A stretch of DNA of 13,378 bases from Promethearchaeota archaeon (GTDB lineage: Archaea; Asgardarchaeota; Lokiarchaeia; Sigyniarchaeales; SOKP01): assembly GCA_048940925.1 (NCBI GenBank), contig JBHLOC010000072.1, forward strand, positions 1 to 13,378, in the 5' to 3' direction. Positions 6,248-13,378 of this stretch are shown here, one piece after another; the stretch's first letter is position 1; the number at the start of each line of letters is the position of its first letter. The position numbers and the translations under genes are program-made. The notes under the pieces are model-generated. The model did no database searches. It was not told where the DNA came from and saw only the letters and a list, made by a program, of their open reading frames with translations.

Positions 6248-8359
6248 ATGTCACAAAATCTTATAATTATTGATATTACCGATGAGGAGCACATAGTTCT
6301 TGACGGGTCTCAAAATTTAAAGGAAATAGCCGGTAATGGAAAAATAGTTGTGAAAAATCCAACACAAAGAAGCAGATTATGGAATTTATTATGTGATGTT
6401 AAAGAAAACGTGAATACATCCCTTGAATCTAAAGAATTAAATGTAGGTACATTAAATCCTGCTCAAGATTATAACAAAGAGTATGTAATTAGAGATCTGA
6501 AAGATTCGTCTTTGAAAATTGAGGAGATTTTTGATACAGATATATCAGATTCTGGGAAAATAAACAATACATTTCTCTATAAGACTGATAACAAATGTAG
6601 TTTAAAGCTAATAATAACAAATCCTTTGAACCTTCCCATTTTAGATATAAAAATTAAAAGGGATATGCCAGCATTTATTCAAGAAATTGAGACGAGAAAT
6701 CCTAGTAATGGAGATGCAAATATAAAAGAAGAGGAAGGGAAGAGAATGCTTATCTGGGATATAACCTCTCTAGATGCTAAAAATAAAGCAGAACTTGAGA
6801 TTTTCTTCACAGTTAATATAAAAGAATTAACCGCACAAGAACTTGGAGTTTTAAAAGTGAATTATCTAATTAACAATTATAAATTAACAATGATGAATCC
6901 CGAAGTTAGAGGACTTACAGATTCAATGAGTGGAATTGATAGAGATGAAGGTTCTCAACCGGGTATATGGGACTGTAATGTTGAATTTATTAATGAATCT
7001 GAAATGCAGGTAAAACTAGAAGATGTAAAAGTATCACAGACAATACCAACAGGAGTTGAAACAGTAGTTTCCCAAACACCTGATAAAATATTGAACCCTA
7101 ATGAATCATGGGATTTTGATTTTCAAGTTGAAGCGAAGGATGTGCCAGAGTTAAGTTCTGAAATTGGATTTACACCATTATTTGTATTGATTCCAAGAGT
7201 TGTTGGTGAAATTGTAAAAGAATCAACTACTTACACCGTATTAAGTGCTACTATTGATAAAGGGATAAATCCACCTGAAGTAGATGCTTATGCAAATACA
7301 AATATGACTATTTTAAATACTATTATAAATAATGGTTCCTCCGCTATCGAAAAGCTATTTTTATCAGATGAGCTTCCTCCTGATTTTATTCCCCCTTTAG
7401 TTAAAGATGTAAAAATTGTATTAGGAGATATGGAAATAAGTTCAAGGGAAGAATTCGTCCAGAAAATATTATTAGATCCTAGTGATCAAGATTTTTCTAA
7501 TAAACATCAAATTTATGTTGAATTATTTAATCTCTCGAATGAATTTCTTCCAGGAAAAAAGATGGAAATTTCATATCCTCTTCTAGCAAGAAATCCACGA
7601 CCTCCTACTGAAATAAAATATATGACTCCCGTGAAAATTGAGGTTAATAGTCCTGTAGAGGGTAAATCATTTGTTAGAACCCCTGATGAGGAACCAGAAC
7701 TTAAGATAAGATATGTCAAACGTAAACTAAAAACACTTAAAAGTATTAAACCGGGACTTACAGAAGGAGAGTTTAGTATTGGACTTAGAGTTCAAAATAA
7801 GGGAGATGTTGAATTAGAAAATGTATTGGTTAAAGATATCATTCCTTCCAGTTTTAGTTTAACAGAATTTACCCCTCCAGAAGGTGCAACTCACGAAGTA
7901 GTGCAAGAGGGTGATTTATCAGAATTACATGTAAAAATTCCTGAAATAAAAGGAGGTTCTTCCGTGAATATCAACTATAATTGCTCTGGTTCAGGAGGTT
8001 ATCACCGATCAGAACCAGTTGTTATTGTTTTAGGTAGGGGAGGAGGAGATTCATCAACCTTTCCAACAATATCTCCATCTAGTACAGAAACTCCAAAAGC
8101 ACATGTAGCAGATTCTCAAGCAGGAGTTATCCATGATATATTTATTGATTTGTTTAAAGCTCTTGATCGAGCTCCAACGAGTGAAGTTTTTGGAAGTTTA
8201 TTAGAAAGAAGAAGAGACGAATTTCCACCTGGACCGGTACTTCATCAAATCCTAGCATATGCTAAAGAACTAAAAGCTCTTGAAGAAAAAGTCATTGTCG
8301 GTTCATTATATGATGAAGTAATGAATAAATTAAAGGAATTTAAAAGCAAATATGAATAG
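6248..8359 (+). CDS. Multi-beta-sandwich protein: N-terminal mu-homology-domain-like region, two DUF11/Ig-like domains, low-complexity linker, C-terminal helical domain
   Basis: 703 aa, no signal peptide or TM segment. DUF11-type motifs (IINNGS..IE...SDELPPDF; VQNKGD..LENV.VKDIIP..F); G/S/T/P linker ~aa 596-624; amphipathic helices aa ~625-703. The ORF is certain, the domain labels are inferred. Confidence 0.6.
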   Translation: MSQNLIIIDITDEEHIVLDGSQNLKEIAGNGKIVVKNPTQRSRLWNLLCDVKENVNTSLESKELNVGTLNPAQDYNKEYVIRDLKDSSLKIEEIFDTDISDSGKINNTFLYKTDNKCSLKLIITNPLNLPILDIKIKRDMPAFIQEIETRNPSNGDANIKEEEGKRMLIWDITSLDAKNKAELEIFFTVNIKELTAQELGVLKVNYLINNYKLTMMNPEVRGLTDSMSGIDRDEGSQPGIWDCNVEFINESEMQVKLEDVKVSQTIPTGVETVVSQTPDKILNPNESWDFDFQVEAKDVPELSSEIGFTPLFVLIPRVVGEIVKESTTYTVLSATIDKGINPPEVDAYANTNMTILNTIINNGSSAIEKLFLSDELPPDFIPPLVKDVKIVLGDMEISSREEFVQKILLDPSDQDFSNKHQIYVELFNLSNEFLPGKKMEISYPLLARNPRPPTEIKYMTPVKIEVNSPVEGKSFVRTPDEEPELKIRYVKRKLKTLKSIKPGLTEGEFSIGLRVQNKGDVELENVLVKDIIPSSFSLTEFTPPEGATHEVVQEGDLSELHVKIPEIKGGSSVNINYNCSGSGGYHRSEPVVIVLGRGGGDSSTFPTISPSSTETPKAHVADSQAGVIHDIFIDLFKALDRAPTSEVFGSLLERRRDEFPPGPVLHQILAYAKELKALEEKVIVGSLYDEVMNKLKEFKSKYE

Positions 8360-8459
8360 TTTTATTTAATATTTATTTACAACTAATTTATTTTATTAAT
8401 TCTTTTTTTAGCACCTTTATCATCTAATTATGTAAAAAATGGTTAATATAGAATTATAG
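8360..8459. terminator. Convergent T-rich intergenic region, likely oligo-U terminator(s)
   Basis: T-rich run after the 8359 stop including T7 at 8403-8409 on +; archaeal intrinsic termination uses oligo-T tracts. Confidence 0.35.
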
Positions 8460-8813
8460 TTATAGATATATATTTAGTTTGTCAACATCTTTTTGAATTC
8501 TTGAAATTCGCTTTTCTTGACCTTCTTCATCAAAACCTTGTATATCTTCTTCTAAAGTTAATTGTTCCTCTTCATATGCTTTTTCTATTTCCATTCCATA
8601 TCTCATAGCGAATGCCACTAGTTCTGGAATTAAAGAAATCATGGCTCTGAAACTAAAAATTCCAGATAAGATTGAAAGTCTGTTAATCATTTCACCAAAA
8701 GGATTTAGATCCATTTCAGGTTTTCTCATTATTTCCAATATCCTTTTAAATAACACTTCATAGAATAACTCCTGTTCTTCTTTACTTAAATTTTTTTCTT
8801 CCTCTTCCATCAT
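8460..8813 (-). CDS. Small acidic alpha-helical hypothetical protein with C-terminal HbYX motif (-IYL)
   Basis: 117 aa, ATG preceded by AAGGT, fills the gap between neighbours without overlap, Glu-rich termini, ends AAT ATA TAT CTA TAA. Confidence 0.7.
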   Translation of the reverse strand: MMEEEEKNLSKEEQELFYEVLFKRILEIMRKPEMDLNPFGEMINRLSILSGIFSFRAMISLIPELVAFAMRYGMEIEKAYEEEQLTLEEDIQGFDEEGQEKRISRIQKDVDKLNIYL

Positions 8814-8882
8814 GATTACCTTGAGTTTTATATAATGTTATTAAATTAAGGAATAAATTTAATTGATTTCAAATAGAATTAT

Positions 8883-8890
8883 TTTATATA
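8883..8890 (+). promoter_or_regulatory. Putative TATA box (TTTATATA) for the URO-D-like gene
   Basis: Centred ~27 nt upstream of ATG 8914 with a purine-rich stretch (AAATAGAA) just 5' of it; supports 8914 rather than the TTG at 8863 as the start. Confidence 0.35.
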
Positions 8891-8913
8891 ACTATTCTAT
8901 AAAATTAGGATTT

Positions 8914-9990
8914 ATGAATGCTCGTGAACGATATCTCGCTGTTTTTGAAGATAAAGCGCGAACTAAGCTAGATAGAGTATCTACTCATGTACAATATACA
9001 CGAGAGGAATTTATCAATAAATATAAAGATGAAATATTAGAGAATTATTCTGAAACATTATTTTATAACTATTATTTTGATATTCCTCTCGCATTGGGTT
9101 TTGATTCTGTTTTTGCTCCCTTTCCCTCAAGTTATAAAACCAAACTTGTTAAAATTCGTCAAAATAATGGGAAGTATATTAGAATTAAAGAAGATGGTCA
9201 AGCTATAAGACGTAAGACTCCGTTTTATGAGGGTGGATATATACATTCAATTGATATTTTAGATGATATTCATGCTAATATAAAGAAAATAGACAATAGT
9301 GAATTACTTAAGAAGACCTTACGAAAGTATGAACAATTAGCCCCAAAAATTTTTCCAGTCTTAACAGTTGACGGGATTTTCGATAAGGTCTGGAAAAGCA
9401 TGGGAATGGTTACTTTCAGCCGTAATTTTCGAAAAAACACCCATCTTTATAAAAAATTAATAAAATTTTATGCTAAATTAGCTAAATTAAATATTGAAGG
9501 TTTAATAGATGCAACAGGAGAAAGAGGAAAAGTTGTTACATTATTAGATGATGTTGCATTTAAGGGCCGATCTATGATATCAAAAGAGCGTTGGAACCAA
9601 GACTTTTTGCCTTATTATAAGGAAATTAATTCAATCATAATTGATTCTAATATGATTCCTCAAATTCATACTGATGGTGATCCAACAGAATTAATTCCTT
9701 CTTTTCAAGAGGCAGGCTTTCAAGGCTTACAAGGATGGGAAGGTGGCGCTAATCCACAATTCATTAATGAAAAATACCCAAACTTTGTGGTTATTGGATT
9801 TGGCGATGTAAGTCACATCTTACCATACGGAGATCAAAGTCAAGTTATAGCACATGTAAAGAGCTTAATGGATATATTTAAAGAAAATAAACATTTTATT
9901 TTAGGACCAAGTACAGTAATTTTTAAAGAAATACCCCTAAAAAATGTTATAACTTTTATAAATGCTGCTAGAAAATATGGAAAATACTGA
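8914..9990 (+). CDS. Uroporphyrinogen decarboxylase (URO-D)/MtaA-CmuA-superfamily TIM-barrel protein
   Basis: Typical N-terminus MNARERYLAVF....DRV (so ATG 8914 is preferred over TTG 8863), DDVAFKG..MIS, QIHTDG, GDVSHILPYG, and C-terminal IPLKNV..FINAARKYGKY. Confidence 0.85.
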   Translation: MNARERYLAVFEDKARTKLDRVSTHVQYTREEFINKYKDEILENYSETLFYNYYFDIPLALGFDSVFAPFPSSYKTKLVKIRQNNGKYIRIKEDGQAIRRKTPFYEGGYIHSIDILDDIHANIKKIDNSELLKKTLRKYEQLAPKIFPVLTVDGIFDKVWKSMGMVTFSRNFRKNTHLYKKLIKFYAKLAKLNIEGLIDATGERGKVVTLLDDVAFKGRSMISKERWNQDFLPYYKEINSIIIDSNMIPQIHTDGDPTELIPSFQEAGFQGLQGWEGGANPQFINEKYPNFVVIGFGDVSHILPYGDQSQVIAHVKSLMDIFKENKHFILGPSTVIFKEIPLKNVITFINAARKYGKY

Positions 9991-10060
9991 TCACTCACAT
10001 CAGAAATTATAAAATAAATTAAGTATTAATTAGATTATATTTGATAAGGAATAGATAAAA

Positions 10061-10702
10061 ATGATACTTCTAATAACAATTATTTTAATGTTCATTTTTG
10101 TTTTAAACCTTATAACATATTGGTTATTATTTTTAAAAGTAAGAAATAAGCAAAAAGCAGTAATTAGGATGTTTTATAAAATTTTTCCAATAATATGGAC
10201 TTTATCGCTTATTCCAATACCCATTTTAAATTCTAGTTTTTTAATTTTGGTTTTTCCTCAAAATCTTAGCTATTTCCGTGATTATTGGATTTTCTTTGTC
10301 CTTCTGGGTATAGTTTTTATTATTCTGGGTATCAATTTTGCTAATAAAGCAAAGAAAGTATATAGAGTTAAAGCATTAGATGAGGCTAATTCTAAATTAA
10401 TTACTTCAGGCATCTTTAGAATCATAAGGCATCCCGTTTATTCTGCTTGGGTTATTATCTTTCTTGGTGTTGCAATAATATCAGATTCAATCATTTCTTT
10501 AATATTAAGTCCCATAATTTTCTTCATTTTAGAAGTTCATGCAGGAATTGAAGAGAAACTAATCTTATCTCCTAAGTATGGTGAAGCTTATGAAAAATAT
10601 AAAGAAAAAACACCATATAGAATTATACCAACACCTTTAAATTTCTTATTAATAATCATTGCGTTTATAATAGTCTATGTAGGTATATTGAATTATATTT
10701 AG
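10061..10702 (+). CDS. Isoprenylcysteine carboxyl methyltransferase/PEMT-family integral membrane methyltransferase
   Basis: About six hydrophobic segments; LITSGIFRIIRHPVY, EEKLI and YGEAYEKYK..TP motifs. Confidence 0.88.
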   Translation: MILLITIILMFIFVLNLITYWLLFLKVRNKQKAVIRMFYKIFPIIWTLSLIPIPILNSSFLILVFPQNLSYFRDYWIFFVLLGIVFIILGINFANKAKKVYRVKALDEANSKLITSGIFRIIRHPVYSAWVIIFLGVAIISDSIISLILSPIIFFILEVHAGIEEKLILSPKYGEAYEKYKEKTPYRIIPTPLNFLLIIIAFIIVYVGILNYI

Positions 10703-10839
10703 GAAATTAAGAACTCGATAACTCTTCTTATAATAATATTGATTCTTAAAGTAAATTTATAATTTTTTATAACCTACAACCTAAAATAGGAATATCTCTG
10801 TATTTTTAAATTGAAACATAGTTTAAATTATGTCATTAT

Positions 10840-10867
10840 TAAACTGAAAAATGTAAACTGAAAAATG
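10840..10867 (+). repeat. Perfect 14-bp tandem direct repeat TAAACTGAAAAATG x2
   Basis: Copies at 10840-10853 and 10854-10867, immediately before the pfpI ribosome-binding site. Confidence 0.9.
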
Positions 10868-10873
10868 GAGGTG
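10867..10873 (+). promoter_or_regulatory. Shine-Dalgarno sequence GGAGGTG
   Basis: Near-perfect SD, 6 nt upstream of the in-frame ATT at 10880. Confidence 0.7.
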
Positions 10874-10879
10874 TTATAA

Positions 10880-11395
10880 ATTACAAAAAAGAAAATAGGA
10901 ATTATTGCAACAGATGGATATGAAGATCTTGAACTGCATTATCCACGTCTTCGATTGAAAGAAGCGGGACATGAAGTAGAATTATTAAGCTTATTCAAAA
11001 GAGAAATTAAAGGGAAAAATGGTTATCCAATTAGACCTGATAAATTAATAAGAGATGCTAATCCCGATGAATATGGTGGAGTTATTATTCCAGGAGGGAC
11101 AAGAAATCCTGATCATTTAAGAAGAAACAAAGATGTATTAGATTTTGTTGCTAAAATTAATAAGGATCAGAAATTAGTTGGAGCTATTTGTCATGCAGGT
11201 TGGGTTTTAATATCTGCTAAAATTGTTAAAGATCGTAAAGCAACTAGCTATTTTGCAATAAAAGATGATATGATAAATGCTGGTGTAAACTTTGAAGATT
11301 CTCCGGTAGTAATTGATAATAACCTGATAACATCAAGAATGCCTGATGACTTACCAGATTTCATGAAAGCTGTATTAAAATATCTAAAAAAGTAA
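10880..11395 (+). CDS. pfpI: PfpI/DJ-1-family (class I glutamine amidotransferase-like) protease/deglycase
   Basis: The frame extends upstream of the track's TTG (10955) to an in-frame TAA at 10877: ITKKKIGIIATDGYEDLELHYPRLRLKEAGH, the conserved PfpI N-terminus with EDxE. Also IIPGG, AICHAG (catalytic Cys-His), ITSRMPDDLP. 171 aa from ATT. Confidence 0.9.
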   Translation: MTKKKIGIIATDGYEDLELHYPRLRLKEAGHEVELLSLFKREIKGKNGYPIRPDKLIRDANPDEYGGVIIPGGTRNPDHLRRNKDVLDFVAKINKDQKLVGAICHAGWVLISAKIVKDRKATSYFAIKDDMINAGVNFEDSPVVIDNNLITSRMPDDLPDFMKAVLKYLKK

Positions 11396-11456
11396 ATGAT
11401 TCTCTAATTTTTTTAATATTAATAAGAAAAATTGAGTATTAGGGTCTTAACTCATA

Positions 11457-12677
11457 CTATAAAGTTTTTATTCTAATTATTTCATTTTGAGTTATTTCTA
11501 AGAAGAGATTGATTTGTTCAATTTGCTTATTAATTATTTCTATCTTTTTATCTATAATTACCAAATCATTTAAAGGTGATTTTTCTAACTCTTTCCTTAC
11601 AATGTTATAAGATCGTATCTGATTTAGTATATTTTGCATTCTCTTAACTTTTATTGAAAATATTTTCTTAAATTTTTTGAGGTTGTTTATTTTATTTTCA
11701 GTATCATCAATGATTTCAATCCAATTTTGAATGTCTTCTTCATTTTTTAGATTTTTTATATTTTGCTCTATAATATTCAAGTTTGATAATATTTCATTAC
11801 GTTGAGTATCATCAATATCTTGAATTTCTCCTTGATGTTCTGAAGTTATCTTATCAAGAATTTCTGAGGTGTATTTAATATTTATCTTATTTCGAGAGAG
11901 ATTTGAAACTTCATTAATTACCTCTGAATCTTTTGTAACCTCCATCTCATCAATATCAGTGATTAATTCTAATTCATCTAACTCAACTTGAGTAATTAAC
12001 GGTGAAAACTTCACCTGTAGCTGTTTTTTCCCAAAGAATTCATTTTTTTGTCTAAGGATTTGGGTATAAATTTGAACAAATTCTGATCCAATCGGAGCAA
12101 ATAATACGCCACCATCCTCATCTAATTGTGTTAATAATGGATGAATTTTAGATTGTTCAATTGCTCCTGTTACTAAAATCTTCTGCCAAGGACTTAAATC
12201 AGACATTCCATATAACGGATTTTTAACGATTATTGAAATTTTATCATCTAAGTTCAATTCTTTTAAATTATTCGATGTTATTTTAGCAATTTCAGAGTTA
12301 GCCTCTAGAATGATTATTTCTCCTTTAGGTGCTAATTTATGCGCTAATGCTGCGATATAGCCACTCTTGGCCCCTAAAATCAACAAATCATCATCACTAT
12401 TTAGTGCTAGACCTTGTAGCATTATAGTAATCATATGTGGAGCTGAAATTGTCCGGTAATTTCTTGGATTTTGCTCATCAAAATAAAATAAGTTTGGAAC
12501 ATCCTCATAAAGTTTTAGTACATTCAAAAGTTTTTCAGGAATGAATTTCTCAAGAGGAATATCCATAAAAGCCTTAATTAATCTTTTATCTGTTAATATT
12601 TCATTTAAAATCAATGAGTCTAATAAACGTTTTTTTTTATTCCTCAGTCTTTCGCTATATCTGTCGTATTTGTCCAA
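11457..12677 (-). CDS. pcm: Protein-L-isoaspartate O-methyltransferase-like domain (atypical) fused to a long acidic/coiled-coil C-terminus
   Basis: TTG start; TISAPHM, LGAKSGYIAAL, QL..GGVLFAPIG, VKFSPL (aa ~227), then ~180 aa of charged heptad-like helix. Confidence 0.78.
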   Translation of the reverse strand: MDKYDRYSERLRNKKKRLLDSLILNEILTDKRLIKAFMDIPLEKFIPEKLLNVLKLYEDVPNLFYFDEQNPRNYRTISAPHMITIMLQGLALNSDDDLLILGAKSGYIAALAHKLAPKGEIIILEANSEIAKITSNNLKELNLDDKISIIVKNPLYGMSDLSPWQKILVTGAIEQSKIHPLLTQLDEDGGVLFAPIGSEFVQIYTQILRQKNEFFGKKQLQVKFSPLITQVELDELELITDIDEMEVTKDSEVINEVSNLSRNKINIKYTSEILDKITSEHQGEIQDIDDTQRNEILSNLNIIEQNIKNLKNEEDIQNWIEIIDDTENKINNLKKFKKIFSIKVKRMQNILNQIRSYNIVRKELEKSPLNDLVIIDKKIEIINKQIEQINLFLEITQNEIIRIKTL

Positions 12678-12789
12678 AATTTGATCAACTTATATTGTTA
12701 AAAAAATAATATAAAAACCAATTATTATACTTTGTTATAATAAAATTTAAATGTTAAACTCATAACTCCATTCTAAGGTTTTAATTGAA

Positions 12790-13377
12790 ATGATGATTTT
12801 AAATATTGAAAATTTAAAAGATGCTAAAATTACTTTAATTTTGATCTTCTTAAATGTGATTAATTTTCTTCTATTTAACATAGCTTTACCAGAGGAGTAT
12901 ATACTAAATTTAGTACAAATTAATGGATTTATCTTATATGACTATGAATATTGGAGATTGATTACCTCCATATTTCTTCATGCTAATATTATTCATCTAT
13001 TTTCAAATATGATTGCGTTGTTATTGTTTGGAGCAACAGTGGAGAATAACCCATATGTTTCCAAATTGGAGTTTATATTAATATACTTTATTTCAGGTTT
13101 AATTGGTAATTTATTTTCATTGTTTCTATTACCTACCTATGCAATAAGCTTAGGTGCTTCAGGAGCGATTTTTGGGTTAATAGGTGCTGCTTTTATTATT
13201 ATAGCAACAGAAAATCGAGCACTTTTACCACTTGCTCTTCTCTATCTAGCTTTTTACATATTTGCTTCTTTTTCACCAGGAATTAATATTTGGGCACATA
13301 TTTTTGGTCTGATAGGAGGAATGTCAATTGGATATATCATATATTCTCGTAGAAAAAAGCTTAGAGTGGAATATTAA
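12790..13377 (+). CDS. Rhomboid-family intramembrane serine protease
   Basis: WRLITSIFLH, HLFSNM, GASGAIFG (catalytic Ser), AHIFG (catalytic His); complete, stop at 13375-13377. Confidence 0.95.
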   Translation: MMILNIENLKDAKITLILIFLNVINFLLFNIALPEEYILNLVQINGFILYDYEYWRLITSIFLHANIIHLFSNMIALLLFGATVENNPYVSKLEFILIYFISGLIGNLFSLFLLPTYAISLGASGAIFGLIGAAFIIIATENRALLPLALLYLAFYIFASFSPGINIWAHIFGLIGGMSIGYIIYSRRKKLRVEY

Positions 13378-13378
13378 T

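Noticed and set aside
7513-7719. 68-aa - strand ORF
   Set aside because: Antisense within the 703-aa gene.
8863-8913. TTG-initiated N-terminal extension of the URO-D-like ORF
   Set aside because: The family normally begins MxxRER; the extension overlaps the likely TATA box for ATG 8914.

Overview
AT-rich, gene-dense archaeal-type window, most likely from an Asgard (Lokiarchaeia-like) genome; this is inferred from a stand-alone gelsolin-domain gene, archaeal TATA-type leaders and overall gene content. Left arm (- strand): DNA-processing genes uvrD/pcrA-like helicase, nurA nuclease and the 5' end of a herA-like gene, plus a single-domain gelsolin, a degenerate Mrr/restriction-fold protein and a Cys-rich YkgJ-family protein. 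Centre: a 703-aa, apparently cytoplasmic beta-sandwich protein whose N-terminal ~330 aa resemble the mu-homology domain of delta-COP/AP-mu coat adaptors, convergent with a small acidic protein ending in an HbYX (IYL) motif. Right arm: URO-D-family protein, ICMT/PEMT-family membrane methyltransferase, PfpI/DJ-1 (apparently with a non-canonical ATT start), an atypical PIMT with a long coiled-coil tail, and a rhomboid protease. No RNA genes, CRISPR arrays or mobile elements were seen. Best leads: the MHD-like protein, a RadA-like FxxA peptide at the UvrD C-terminus next to nurA-herA, the HbYX protein and the ATT-initiated pfpI. All family calls are by-eye motif recognition, not database searches.
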